NCBI GenBank assembly: GCA_964016885.1
Contig: OZ024740.1
Location: 354,082,001 to 354,146,000, forward strand
DNA from: Eledone cirrhosa
Lineage: Eukaryota
DNA length: 64,000 bases
Direction of reading: 5' to 3'
Shown here: piece after piece, positions 19,233-32,739 of the stretch
Layout: each line of letters begins with the position of its first letter
Numbering within the stretch: position 1 is the first letter of the stretch
Notes under the pieces: model-generated
What the model was told of the DNA's origin: nothing
Seen by the model: only the letters and a program-made list of their open reading frames with translations
The model's database searches: none
Program-made: the position numbers and the translations under genes

Positions 19233-19568
19233 GGAGGCACATGGCTTAGTGGTTAGAGCATTGGCCTTGCAATCGAAAGGTTGTGAGTCCAATTATCAGA
19301 CCGGGTGATGTGTTGTTTCCTTGAGCAAGACACTTTATTTCACATTGCTCCAGTTTACTCACCTGTAGAAATGAGATGATAGGGACTGGGGTCCATATCA
19401 TTCCACTGCAAATTGGTCGTGGAGGTGCCACGGCAAAAAAGCACCCAGCACTCACTGTAAATGAGGTTGGTGTTAGGAAGGGCATCCAGCTGTAGAAATC
19501 AAGCCAGAATCAGTTCCCGTCCCACCCTTGCAAGCAGGGAAAAGTGGATGTAAAATGATGATGATGAT
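19233..19568 (+). mobile_element. SINE family A: tRNA-like head, core, RTE-derived 3' tail
   Basis: A-box TGGCTTAGTGG and degenerate B-box; ends in CCGTCCCACCCTTGCAAGCAGGGAAAAG..GTAAAA(TGA)n, almost identical to 6982-7037. Copies at 38285-38600(+), 44380-44730(-), 45745-46124(-); tail-only copies at 20520-20620(-) and 25557-25610(+). Confidence 0.88.
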
Positions 19569-19708
19569 ATATTTTTAAATAGTTTTTTTCAAAGAATCTC
19601 AGTTCCCTAAAAAAGTCCACCAACCAATGACCTCTACCCATTCTAAAAATCACCACCTTCCCCGCCCACCAGTAAACATATAAATACTACTGCATTATAA
19701 CACAAGTC

Positions 19709-19760
19709 GGCTTTCCTGATGATTTCCTTCGAATGAAAAAGTTCTAGTCCTGTAGAAGCC
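19709..19760 (+). ncRNA. Candidate type I hammerhead ribozyme motif (imperfect)
   Basis: GGCTTTC-CTGATGA-T(TTC cttc GAA)T-GAAA-AAG ttctagtc CTGTA-GAAGCC. Core boxes and GUA site present; helix I bulged; one helix III mismatch. Confidence 0.45.
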
Positions 19761-19904
19761 ATTTCTATATTAAATTTTGTATATTTTCTATTAATATATT
19801 GAGTACCTTATTTACTGTGGTTACCCCGGGACTCACATATATTTGTATTGTATTTCTTTCTAGAATTAAATGCTTTCCATTTTCTTTTCATTTTCTTTTC
19901 ATAG

Positions 19905-20006
19905 TTGAAGGATTTGAAGTTAATCTTGGTTCAATGAAGTCTGTGCATAAATTTGCTTTCGAATTCAAATCACGCAGACTTCCTCTCCACATACTAATTA
20001 ACAATG
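19905..20006 (+). CDS. DHRSX: DHRSX-like SDR exon (102 nt)
   Basis: Polypyrimidine tract + AG, GTacgt donor, phase 1/1; (V)EGFEVNLGSMKSVHKFAFEFKSRRLPLHILINN(A), the SDR NNAG motif split across the intron. Confidence 0.92.
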
Positions 20007-20440
20007 GTACGTCTAAAACTGATTTTGTTTCCTTCACATCTCTTTTTTATAATGTAATTTTATATATTTATTTTATTTTACTTATTTTTTTGTTTTAAAA
20101 TAATTCTAACATTCGCACAAGGCCAGTAATTTGTCGAGAGGGGAAAAAGTCAATTATATAGACCCTAGTACTTAACTGGTACCTTATTTTATCGACTCTG
20201 GAAGGATGAAAGGAAAAGTTGATCACAGCAGGATTTGGACTCAGAATTTAGAAAGTCATAACTTAATACTGCAAAGTATTTTGTCCTCCACCATACTAAT
20301 TGTGACAATCCACCACCCTTTTTTTACTTTATAATAATTATCCTAGTCTTTAACATGTTTTACTTTGAACCTCTTATGGTTGTGAATGATTTTGCTGTCC
20401 ATTTGTTGCTTCAGCTTCATAACTTTTCACCATGAAATAT

Positions 20441-20811
20441 TTAACCCTTTCGATACTAAATCACCTGAAACCAACCCTTTTTTCATAGTACAAAACTTTT
20501 TAGAAGTGCTAATCATTTCATTTCATCATCATCATTTCATTTTACGTCCGCTTTTTCCCTGCTTGCAAGGGTGAGACGGGAACTGATTTTTGGCTTGATT
20601 TCTACAGCTGGATGCCCTAATATTCATTTTAAAAAAACTTTCCATCATAATTCTATGTAAGAACTTTTGTTACAGTATATTCCAAGCACCATCTTAATAA
20701 TGGCAACATGACTTCTTCTACCAAATCCTTCTAAATTCTTGATTATTTTCAAAATTATTCCAAAATCATAGGCTGGGTCTTCCATTAGAAATATGGTAAT
20801 GAAAGGATTAA
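20441..20811. mobile_element. TTAA-flanked piggyBac-type MITE (family 2) with inserted SINE tail
   Basis: TTAACCCTTTCGATAC ... GTAATGAAAGGATTAA. Related copies at 22785-23071 and from 63854 onward. Confidence 0.6.
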
Positions 20812-22043
20812 ATGAAGCATTCAAGATTCATAGCTGGACAAATCAGTATGATGTCAGATGTGAGCCTATAAGTGGAAAGCTTCATAGTCCATACCTTATC
20901 ATCAGTGGTCTAACTCTCCATGACCACCTTCTTAAATGTGGAGATACAGTTCACTGCTTCAAGCATTGAGAGTATTATGTGACTGACTTCTGTATTATTG
21001 ACTTCAGTACAAATATATTCTTATGGCTAGTTGGTATGGCTGTGTGATTAAGGGTTTTACTTTGTAACAACATGGTCTGGATTTGATCCCAGTTTGGGGC
21101 CCTTTAGACAAGCATCTTCAACCATAGCCTTCTCAAGTTGACACCTGAGTCAAATTTGTTAGGTAGAAATTGTGCTGAAGCCCATGCATTCATTTATAGA
21201 TGAGAGTGTGCATGTGTGTATATTTATATCAGTGTGGGGTAAATACTGGTATATTTGAACAGGAATACCTTGCAATATTCATGTCCAATTGAGTTATATT
21301 CCCTATACTAATGTCCACTTTGAATTTCATATATTATGAGAATGAAATAATTACCAAACAAAGCATTGGGGCCAATATAATCAACTAAAACTTTGTATGG
21401 TCTCAATCCAATGTCTGAATCCAATAAAAGAAGAATGGGTGAAATTCTGTAAGAGACTGGTGGATTATCCATTAGGAAAAATATGTCAGTTATTTAACTC
21501 TTAACATCCTGTACTGCATAAAACTTCATTAGCAAGGCATTCTTGAAATGTACAAAGAAGTACTATGGCTGCATCACATTAGTTTATATATGTATATATA
21601 GAGTCACAGTCCTGTGTCATCCCCTTAGAGAGGTGTACTTTGCTCAATTACACCTCACTAAGGCGATGACATAGGACCTCTGGCGCTATGAAGTATTACA
21701 GACGACCCACCCTCTATTATTCTCAGGCTGAGGCATATATCTAGTAGGCAACGCCATTCCCTACCATCTCCCCTCCCATAAACCTCCCTTATATCTACGT
21801 CGCCAATTTCCCAAAGCCCCCCCCCCCCAGTTTCCAACCTCCCCCATAAAATGATCTACCCTGGAGCCATGACAAACAGAAAATAGATTGGTTTGTTTTT
21901 AGCTAAGAACTTCTGATGCTGCAATAGACATATTGTAACTGTGGTTCTTTAATAATTCCAAACTGCATTTCATCCAAGCTAACCTATCTGGAACTACTTT
22001 TGCTAAAGCCCTCCCTGCTATTTTAAAAATTTAGTCTATTAGT

Positions 22044-22262
22044 TTAACCCTTTAGCATTTACATTAATCTATATTTACTATTGTATTTTTGTGGTAAAGG
22101 CTTTATCTTACATAATTATCTCACATAATATCGAATCTATAAGATTTTTATGTTATTTATTTTGAGAACAATACTTTAACGTCAGTATGAGTGGTCAGTT
22201 TAAGATGAAAGAGGTGAGACAATTCTGATCGGATATGGCTGGTTTAAATGCTAATGGGTTAA
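22044..22262. mobile_element. piggyBac-type MITE (family 1)
   Basis: TTAA-CCCTTTAGCATTTA ... TAAATGCTAATGGG-TTAA terminal inverted repeats. Copies at 28617-28819, 50774-50958 and a partial one from 18741. Confidence 0.8.
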
Positions 22263-23645
22263 GGCTTCTGTCATTGTTCTCCAATGAATCTCCTTTACCC
22301 TTATAGCAGTTGAAGAGGATACTAGTTTGCCATTTACTGAGGTTACTACTGTCCTACACTACCTGGTGTACTTAGAATATAACCTACATAGCCTGATGCT
22401 TTCAACATCTTAGCAACTATTCCTGTGAGACAAGTTTTCACTGTTTCCATCTCCTTGATAGATTTATTGGTTACACACAGCTCCTGCTGATATTACTGTG
22501 TAGCACTGATGAAACAAACATATCACATGTAGAAATAGCTGAATGACTAAGTGTGTTCTCTCTTGCTCCTGATATTACCATGTCTCTGCCTAGTTGAACA
22601 CTATACTACACATTCTGACATGCACTGGTTAATCATATGTAGCAGTTTGGGCACATATTTTCTTTTGGTGGTTCCATTTTCCTCATTCAATGACCTTGCA
22701 GAATAGAACATTTATACATCTTTTTTCTTCCTCTATCTATGAGGTCAAGTGCATCTGTCTTATTGCAACCACACCCACCTGAAATTAACCTTTTAGATAC
22801 CGACCCACCGAAAATTGCTTCTGATTCTATGAAATAAAGCCACCCACCCATCTTAAAGGGATCCTACTTAAATTAAAATGTAACATAATTTGATATAACC
22901 TTTTGTTAAGTTATGTTATAAATACTATCTTAATATTGAAATAATTAATCATTTTAGTAAATCCCTCAAAATATTTCAATAATTCAAATACGGTGCTTGC
23001 GTGGAAAACTAGACGTTTAATGGTGATGATGATGACGCTTCTCATTAGAAATATGTTAATGAAAGGGTTAACATCCAGATCAAGCTTTATTAAATTATGA
23101 CAATATCTTTTGTCTATTGCTCTATCCATTAGCTGCTGTACAGAAACCTGGTTGCCTGTATAACATAGATATATGTAACAGGAGAAAAGGTTTTATGACT
23201 TCATATTTTACTGACCGGCCTCTGTATGGGGAGAGATTCCCATCTGGCTTACTTATTTGGTTATGATCTCCTTTAACCAAAACATCAGATTGTGTTATTT
23301 TTCTCACTATACTAAAATAATTGTTTCTACTTTTGGCACAAGGCCAACAATTATCCCAGTGTATTACTGGTACTTTATTTTATCGACTCCGTAAGGATGA
23401 AAGGCAAAGTTAACCTCGGCGGGATTTGAACTCAGTCCGTAAAGGGACGTAACTGTGCTGCAAAGCATGGCGTCCGACCCTCTACCAATACTGCCAATCC
23501 ACCGCCCTCTATAAACTAAAATAATGTAAGATAAGTGGCTTTGTCCAAAATTCATCAATGTACAATCTTGTGCAAAGTTGGAACTTATAAATCAATCAAT
23601 TAAACTATTAATAACTCAGTTTATCTCTAACATTGACTTCTTACA

Positions 23646-23842
23646 TATGAGGGTCGACTGAAAAGTCCATAGGCTGACTATAAAGAAGTGATGCTAGAGC
23701 TGTGAAATCTTGCAGGCGTCAATTTCAACTCTTATTAATAATTGCCTTGTTTCTTTCCAGGGGCTATGTTGAAAAATAAACTGCATTTAATTATTCCATG
23801 AATATCTTGGTCAACCAATGAATTTTTCAGCCGACCCTTGTA
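23646..23842. mobile_element. Tc1/mariner-type MITE
   Basis: TA-TGAGGGTCGACTGAAAAGTCCATAGGCTGAC ... GTCAACCAATGAATTTTTCAGCCGACCCTTG-TA: ~30-bp imperfect TIRs with TA flanks. Confidence 0.7.
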
Positions 23843-24454
23843 GCTACAAAGCAGTCAAATTTATAAAATGGCATTACATTCATGCTTTTCCCCAGAGGGT
23901 AAATTTAAATGTGGGGAAATGGTTTGAACCAAATGTCCAAATAGGTTTAGGAATCAGGTTGATACCTACTTTGTCTTTTTGACCCTGTCTTTACTAATTT
24001 CTAATGAAATACATTGCCAGTGTGTTTCAATCAATTTTGAAAATAATCAAATATTTGGAGGAATTTAAACTGACTCTTGCATTAGTAAGTTGATATTTAG
24101 AACATTAATTAACAAAAATGTCTTAAATAAAATTGTGACTGAAGGATATAATATAAGTATGAACGTTTTATGTCATAAATCCAGGATGGTTTCATGTGGT
24201 TTGGTATTAAAAGGGTTAATATTACTGCAACATGTGGCATGTTAGCAAGAACGTTAGAATATTTTGCAGGATTTAGTTTCATCCTTCTACATTTTAACTT
24301 CAAACTTTACTGGTACTAACCTTGCCTTTTATTCATCTAGGTTTAATTTTTTCAGCTAAATTTCTACTGTACAATTATTGGGAAATGGCCCTTTGCTTCA
24401 TCTAAAGAAATCAATATTTATTATTGCTACAGATTATTGTTTATTATTTTGCAG

Positions 24455-24662
24455 CTGGTATCATGTTTGGACCTTACAAAAAAACTGAAGATGGTATAGA
24501 GTCACACATTGCTGTGAACTACATGGGACACCTCCTGCTCACTATCTTGCTACTTCCTGTTCTAAACATGTCAGGAACAAATCAGTTATTTGCCAGGATT
24601 GTAAATGTTTCATCTTCAACACACTATGTTGGAAATATAGACTTGGCAACCTTCACATCAAA
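24455..24662 (+). CDS. DHRSX: DHRSX-like SDR exon (208 nt)
   Basis: ttttgcAG / GTaagt, phase 1/2; AGIMFGPYKKTEDGIESHIAVNYMGHLLLTILLLP..ARIVNVSSSTHYV. Confidence 0.95.
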
Positions 24663-25009
24663 GTAAGTTGTTACCTTAATTTTATTGCTGTTTTCAATCT
24701 GTCTGTTTCTGGTTTAGTATAGGAATATTGTATCCCTGTGTGTCATAAGAGGCAACTAAAATGATTGGTATTGGGAAGAAGATCCAGATGTAAAATATTG
24801 CCTCAAAAAGGACCTCATTTCACCTGCAAGGTTAACTTTGCTTTAGTAAGGAAAATGGCCTAAAAAGTTTGTAGTGTTTCTGAAAATTTATTTCTAAGTT
24901 TTAACTCTTCTGGTTCCCATAGACTACTCATATGGTGTTTATTCCAGTAAATATTTAAATATTTAGCTCTTAATAATTGAAAGTTAGTTTATTTTTCAGC
25001 TAAATATGA

Positions 25010-25330
25010 TGTGGTAGGTGGATTAGGCATACTGTTAGCTGAGAATTGGATAGATAATGTCATTGAGGTTGCCAAAGTATACAATATAATTAACAAGCTT
25101 AAACAAGCCATAGGTAGTGCAACAGCAGCTTATGCACCACAATCACAACTGATAAATGAGCAAAAGTACCATTTCTATGATTGTGGACCACTTCAATAAC
25201 AAGTGATAGCAACTTCATTATCATGGATTGTAGCTTTCAGGGACATGTTGAGCAGCACCAGGACTATTTGGTACATGGTGGCTATAGGTATGGCTTAAGA
25301 AATGATGAGAGATCAAGTCCCTTAGAGATA
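25010..25330 (+). mobile_element. Degenerate RTE endonuclease fragment
   Basis: GGLGILLAENWID..AYAPQ..GHVEQ..VHGGYRYG, collinear with 4150-4500. Confidence 0.7.
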
Positions 25331-25517
25331 TATACTGCAATAGTTACTTCAGGATACCAAGCAGCCACTTCGTCAGGTTTTCCAGTCTGTTGCACAAAAT
25401 GGCATTACAAATGCAATACCACCTTAATGCATGAAATTGCTTGTCAGACAAGTGACTGACAAGGTAGCAATGTAGTTGTCTTCATGTAACAGTTTTTTCT
25501 GTATGCATTTGCTGATA

Positions 25518-25551
<34 letters not shown>

Positions 25552-26209
25552 ATTACCCATCCCACCCTTGCAAGCAGGGAAAAGTGGGCGTAAAAAAAAA
25601 TGATGATGATATGCATATAGTTATAGTTATAAATTAATAAAACATAGCCAGGATTAAATTACATTATATCATATGGTTGTGTTATCAACTCATCTAAACT
25701 ATTTTATATATAGAGAGGGATATATAAATAGATATATATATACACAACAGGGCATGCTATTTCTCAATAAACAAAGAAATAAGTCAGGTTGACTTCAGTT
25801 CCATCAGAAAATGGAATAGACATATGGTTGTAATTACATTTTCCTTGATGAAGGAGAATGTAGCATCCAAAACAGACTAGTTACTAGTAACATTAGAGTT
25901 AGATCTGGATGGACTCAGAGACATAGAACAATATGGAGAAGGAGGTGTTCTAAACTAAATGATCCTTATGTATACATACATACCTACATACAGACATATA
26001 TATGCATACATACATATGTACATACAAACATATGCAAGGAAGCATGCATACATACATACACAAACACATGGACACACACACACACACACATACATATGCA
26101 TACATACGTATGTATGCAAGGAAACATGTATACATACACAAAGACACACACACAACATGCATATGTATGTATGTGTGTACATGTGTCTATATTTTTGTTT
26201 TTCTTTCAG

Positions 26210-26429
26210 AGGAGCTAAACCCTCACGTTACTCTCCATATGCTTCATATGCCCAATCAAAGCTGGCAATAATTATGGCTACCTATGAGCTGTCTCGGAGA
26301 CTAAAAGCTGCAAAATGCTTTCGTGTTACTGTGAATGTTCTTCACCCTGGTCTTGTTGATTCTACTTTGCACTCAAATGCGATATTTCCTGTGCCGTTAA
26401 TTCGCTACCTTCTAGGGCGTTTTTATTTG
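26210..26429 (+). CDS. DHRSX: DHRSX-like SDR exon (220 nt) with catalytic YxxxK
   Basis: ttctttcAG / GTaagt, phase 2/0; YSPYASYAQSKLA (YAQSK at 26247-26261), VTVNVLHPGLV. Confidence 0.95.
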
Positions 26430-26501
26430 GTAAGTAAATTATTTGTCTTATTTAGCATTGTAACATTTTCATCCCATAAACTTGTCGAATAAATATAGTC
26501 A

Positions 26502-26775
26502 ACTGCTGTCTCAGCATTATCAGATTTGAGTTATAGCTGCTTTATCAACATTATCTGATATGGGTTGTAGCTGCTTTATCAACATTATCAAATCTGAGTT
26601 ATAGCTGCTTTATCAACATTATCAGATATGAATTATAGTTGCTTTATCAACATTATCAGATCTGAATTATAGCTGCTTTATCAACATTATCAGATATAGG
26701 TTGTAGCTGCTTTCTTTACATTATCAGATCTGAGTTGTCACTGTTTTATCTATATAACCAAAGCTGCTTTCTCTA
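26502..26775. repeat. 34-bp minisatellite, ~7-8 copies
   Basis: Unit approximately GCTGCTTTATCAACATTATCAGATATGAGTTATA; starts at 26536, 26570, etc. Confidence 0.9.
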
Positions 26776-28168
26776 CATGGTGATCAGGTTCTCCTGATAT
26801 TTTCCTTGAAAATATGATTCTTATTCCTGACATTAGTGAATTAGAAATACAACAAAATGCCTGCAGCAGATTTGAATTCAGTGCCCATAAGTTAGTAGTA
26901 TATCATACTAGCTTGGTTATTTTTACCTCTACAATAGTAACATACTTTTGTACATGTAATGTATGAGAATTCATGTAATCTGCTAATAATCTACATAGTA
27001 AAATGATTCTAATTTCTTTTAACTATCACCATAGTAACTACACAGAAATTAAATAACATATCTACTACAGCAGGTGAAAGTATTCATAAAAACTTAAAAA
27101 ATTATAGCATTAATCCTCATTCTAATATTTAATTACATCCATTTGCTAATTGTGGAATATCGATTTACCTCCCATTAAGTTGTTTGAAGATTGCCAACCA
27201 TTGGTTTAAGAATTCATTTATCATCATCCTTGCTACACTTAACTCTAGTTAGCTCCACATGTCATCATCATCATTGTCACCATTTTATATCTATTTTCTA
27301 TGCTTGCATGGGTTAGATAGGTTGTCACGTTCTGAGAGGCCAGACAAGTTAGATAACTGTGTCTTGCTCATACATTCCATTCCAGTATGGAAGCCATACC
27401 ATCATGGAAAAAAATGGACATTAAATGGTGATGATGATGATGATGACTGAGTGCCCTTTCTAATGCCAATCACTTCACAGTATGTACCAGATGTGTTTTT
27501 ATTATAGCATCACCACTGCCACCTGACAGTAGTATGTGCTGGATGCATTTTATTGTGGCACCAGCACTACCACTTTGCAATGTGAACTGGATGCATTTCA
27601 TTGTGGCATTACCACTTTATAGTGTGATTTGATAAATAGGTTTCATAAAATGAAAATCTCTAATGTAAGAATCACAAGTATTTTGAAATTAAGGTGTTTT
27701 GTTAGCTTCTTCAAACTGTCTTCTTCAATCATTGTTGGATCTAGAGCCTGGTTCTAATTAGGGGCTATGTGTGATAGTTGGTCTGTCAACAGTCTTTTAG
27801 CATCAAACACAAACACTCATAACTATGAGCCAATGATTGAGCCTCTATATAGTTATTCAGTCTGCTATAAGTAGCAGCTAAATCTCCCTCATCACATCTC
27901 ACTGACTTAAACAGGAGAAAGACACATTAAATAATGTAGTCTTAGATCCCCTTAAAAAAAAGGAGTATCATGGCTGGAATATTTTTGATTGCAGATCTGC
28001 TTGATCAGAGCTGACTTGAGACAACCACAGTAACAACACCCATGACTAGCTAAATGTTTTACTCAAACACGAGGGATTCCATAATGATGTGAGAATTCTC
28101 TTAATGCTAATATAATATGCCAGAAGTCTTCTTTATCCCCAATCTCTCTATGTATTATGATCTTTCAG

Positions 28169-28351
28169 ACACCTGAAGAGGGTGCAGATACAGTATTACA
28201 TGTGGCCTTATCTCCAGATCTTGAGAAGCAAAGTGGAGGTTACTATGAAAATTGTGATAAAATTAAATCCAGTAAGCTGTCATATTCTATGCAAGTTCAA
28301 CAAGCTATCTGGCACACAACCTGTTCAGTTTTGGGGATTGATCCACAGTAA
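28169..28351 (+). CDS. DHRSX: DHRSX-like SDR terminal coding exon
   Basis: tctttcAG acceptor, phase 0; TPEEGADTVLHVALSPDLEKQSGGYYEN..QQAIWHTTCSVLGIDPQ-stop. The joined peptide and exon sizes 69/102/208 match my recollection of human DHRSX. Confidence 0.93.
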   Translation, partial: TPEEGADTVLHVALSPDLEKQSGGYYENCDKIKSSKLSYSMQVQQAIWHTTCSVLGIDPQ

Positions 28352-28440
28352 GTTTGAACAAACATTTTGTTAATCATTTTGTGTGTATGTGAGTTGCTGC
28401 TGCTATTTTTCTCATTTGTAAAGAGGAAAGAAGATGCATG

Positions 28441-28446
28441 AATAAA
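28441..28446 (+). promoter_or_regulatory. Candidate polyadenylation signal for DHRSX
   Basis: AATAAA 90 nt after the stop codon. Confidence 0.55.
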
Positions 28447-31400
28447 GATAACCTTTTATATTAAAAGTTGCAAACATCGTATCATTGTCTTGGTCAAAAT
28501 AGGTACAAATGTAAAAGAAACAACATAGCTGCTAAATATTTTTTTATTCCATCCACATTTTGATCAAGACAGTTTTCAATGTCTTCAAAAAAGTTTTAAT
28601 TGAAGTTAAAAGTAGCTTAACCCATTAGTATTTACATTACTCTATATTTACTATTATATTTTCAAGATAAAGACTTTAGCTCACATAATTATTTCACATA
28701 ATATCGAATCTATGAGATTTTGATATTATTTATTTTGAGAACAATACCTTAACATCAGTATTAGTGGCTAGTGAGAGAATTCTGGCCTGATACAGCTGGT
28801 TTAAATGCTAAAGGGTTAAAGGCAGTTAACAAACATTGTTGCTAACCACAAGATAAAAATGAAACAAAAGACCTAATCAGAGCTTATGTCAATGTTAATA
28901 ATCATCATCATCATCATTTTGTTTCTGCTTTTCATTCTGATATGAGTTGAACAAGTCATCATGGTCTAAATCAGAAATACTGCCTTCCTAGATGAGCTAG
29001 GGACCATATCTCACTCATACATTCCATTTGGGGCGTAATTTCTGGATAACCTTCCTAAGATCTAGCATTTACAGAGGATACTTTGTGTATTTTATCAGGG
29101 CACCAGCATCGAAGAGGATGCCATGTCTACAGCATGTCTAAATGATCCTCTCAACCCATTAGCATTTACATTCATTTTATAAACCACTTTATAGAATGCA
29201 CTAGGTGCATTTTATCATGGCACCAATACTAGTGAGGGTGCCTTGTACTTCATAAGACTAAAGTCTCCTCACTGCTGCATGTTGTCTTTGTTCAAAACAT
29301 GACCAAGTAGGTGAATAGAAAAGAGAACAAAAACAGAAGAGGGTGAAAGAAGAGTGTATGGTGAGAAAAAGTGTGGGCAGTAGGAAGTGAGATTAATGAC
29401 AGCTACATGTTTGCTGGGAAGAAAGAGAAATAGAGATGTGCATTGGTAGGAAAGAGCGATGAATGTCAAGTAAGAGTGAATGACAGATAGCTTTCCATGT
29501 GGCCAAGGAGGAAGGGAATTCAAGGATAAATTGGCAGAGCGAGTTGTAGAGGAAGAGGGGCAAAGTTGAGCATTGGGAGAGAAGAGTAAGCAAGCAGCTC
29601 CTGGTAATACACTGAAGGTGCATCTGCCTTTGTGTAGGAGTCAGAGATGTGTCGGGGGTGAGAGAGGAAAACCAGATGAAGGAAATAACTAGTGAGGAGG
29701 AGGAGTGATGGAAAGGGCACTTTATATAAAAAGGAACACATAGTGTATTTCATTAGAAATACAGTAATGAAAGAGTTAGTATCATTTGGCATTACCAGAT
29801 TTTTATCGAAGGAAAGTCCTTCTTGATAAAAGAAATTGTTGTGTTGTTGATGTTCCAACATTAGCAGTGGAAAGAACAATGTTATTAAAATATGCAAAGT
29901 AGTGTAATTAAAACAGTGGAGTATTTAAAGTCACCAGATAATTGATGGCATAGTGAAAGGGATAAGGAAGGAAAATAATAAAGTTTAAATCATGTTCAGG
30001 CCTATCATTCTACTAATGTCAGTAAAATAAAGTACCAGTCAAATACTGGGACTGATTTAATATTCCTATAAAACATCTGACATGTCAATGGGAATATATT
30101 AGATTTTTAGGGAATGTTAGAGGTCACTGATAGTGTATTTGAAGTGTAACCTCAACACATTCCTACCAAGTATGCAAATACAACTATAATTAATCCAAAG
30201 TAAAGAGATTATAAAAAATGTTATAGAATAGTATTAGCTTGGAATATGCTGTTGTGTGAATAACATCAAAACAAAATGTGTATAATTTTTTGGAAAGATT
30301 ATCCCAGATTAATCGACAGTCTTTCTGAATAGAAATGTCATTATTTCAAGTACTTCAGAAATAATCTATTTCACAATTATTTTTAGACTGTTTTGTCCTT
30401 TCCCCTCCTTCTTTATTTACATTTTTCTTTAATCCTCTCAACTGGTCTAACAAACTATAATATTAGTTAGAAATGAGAATTTTCAGCTGTATATAATATA
30501 ATCATATAATATTTAAACCAAGAAATCATAGTGGAAACATTGTGAATAATCTAGCTAAATCATAAAAATGATAGTATTTATATAATGGCTTTTTAAATAA
30601 GCTGAAGATTACAAATTTGGGGAGATGAGATCAGTTGGGTCAGTTGATTAAATTGACCCCAGTACTCCAGTATTTAACTAGTTCATCATCGATTGTATTT
30701 ACAATTTGAAGCAGTCATATTTTTTCTTTTGTAAAGGTAAAGTTAAGCTACATATTAAACCATAATTGTTATACTTGTCGTGTTCACCTTTTCTTTCACA
30801 ACAAATAGGCTTCGCTTCAAATCTGCTTCTCTTCCAAAACTCAGCTTAATAATAATAATAATTATTATTTTGGCAGTATCGGTAGAGGGTCGGACGCCAT
30901 GCTTTGACGCATAGAGTTACGGCCCTTGCCATTCTGAGTTCAAATCCCGCCGAGGTTAACTTTGCCTTTCATCCTTATGGGGTTGATAAAATAAAGTACC
31001 AGTAGTACACTGGGTAATTGCTGGCCTTGTGCCAAAAGTAGAAACAATTATTACTATTTTTGTTGTTGTTGGAGAAGGAAAATTACTAGAGCATCATACA
31101 AATATTTTGTGGTATTTGTTCTAACTCTCCACATTCTGAGTTCATATATCAGCAAGGTCAACTTTGCTTTCCATCCTTCAGGATTTGATAAAATAAGTAC
31201 TATAACAGTGAATCCTTGCCTAATGTGCCATGCAAAGTGATTGAACCCAACACCCTGTGGTTGTAATGTGAACTTCATCACACAACTATGCTTCTGCCAA
31301 ATATATATTAACATCGTCATCATCATCATTTAAGATCCCCTCATCCATGCTGGCAAGGGTTGGACAGATCATGACAGACCAAGTTAATACTTAATCAGAG

Positions 31401-32739
31401 TTACTGTCATTACAGATAGGTTGGGAGCTGCCATATTTGCTTACATACATTCCAGTTGAAGCTTTGTTTCTATAGCTGAATGCCCTTCCTATCACCAACT
31501 ACTTAATAGAGTGAGCTAAATGCATTTTATCATGGCATCGACATTAGAGAGATTGTCATGTCCTTAGAACAACTGAAGAGTTCTCTCAACTCTTTGTTTG
31601 GCAGGTTTTCTATGGCTGTCCTTCCTAACATCAGCCATTTTACAGAGGCACTGGGTGCATTTTATCCTGGCAAGTACACTAAGTCATTGTCTTGACTGAC
31701 GAGCATTCTCTACCCTATGGGGTGAGGGTGTCTTGTCCTAAGGCATGAGTCTTTAGACTGTGAGAATAAAAGGTGGTATGAAGAATGACAAGTATGAGGT
31801 CATGCATGTACAACAAGTATGTTGAGATTTATGAGAGTGATATGATGGAAGAAAGATGTGAGAATGTGTGAATCCATGGGTGTATAACAAGCATGGTGGG
31901 ATTTAACAGGGTTATGTGTATGTGTGTGAGTATATATATATGGGTGTGTATGTATGCTAGTTGATGCAAACACCATATCGACACTGTTCATAAAACTCAG
32001 CAGTGATATTATGCCCCTCCCCACTCGTAAACAATATTTCCTGCAACACAACAGTTCAACAATGGTTTAGTAGTATATACCATGCTTGGAAAATTATGTA
32101 TGGCCTAACATTAGTAAGGGAATCTGACCATAGAAAACATACCTCAAAATGTCTGGTCCCGACACTACTACTGTTAGCATTGTGAATGTAAAAATTAAAT
32201 ATATAAATACCTCAGAAGCCCTGAGAGACGTTTAAGGATTGATGCTAAGGTTTAATTTTAGGGAGTGGTAGAGAATGAGAGTAAGATGCTAATTTATTGT
32301 GTGTAGCCTTACCAGGTGATCACATACTTATTCCCATCAGGTAGGTAAATTGAAGCATGTAGAATAAAGTTCTGTTGAGAAACATAACATGTGTGCAATG
32401 GATTTGAATTTACAACCTATGAAAAGGTAATTCAATGGATTACCCATTCATTTATTTTCACCTGTACTTTAGTGTTATGAATGCAAGAAAGTTTAGCAAA
32501 CTCAGCTAACAGTGCTACCCTGGAACTATTACAACAAACATTTTAATATTAATTCAGAGGATACACTGCTGAATTAGACTCCACGTAAGAAAAAAACTGA
32601 ATTATTATGCTCCAGCATGGCTTCAGCCAGATGGCTGGAACAAGTAAAAGAGTAAGCAAAGTTAAGCTTAAAGTCTTAAAATGTCTTCAGTTGATCTCAC
32701 AGCAACAGATTTCCATGTTTTTATCTACTCAATCAATTA

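Noticed and set aside
19233-19305. tRNA gene
   Set aside because: The tRNA-like A/B boxes are the head of a multi-copy SINE; no intact cloverleaf.
22505-22545. CTGATGA..GAAATAGCTG hammerhead-like motif
   Set aside because: No convincing helix I or NUH geometry; at best a dead remnant.
26502-26775. CRISPR-like appearance of the 34-bp repeats
   Set aside because: Units are head-to-tail without unique spacers; eukaryotic intron; no cas genes.
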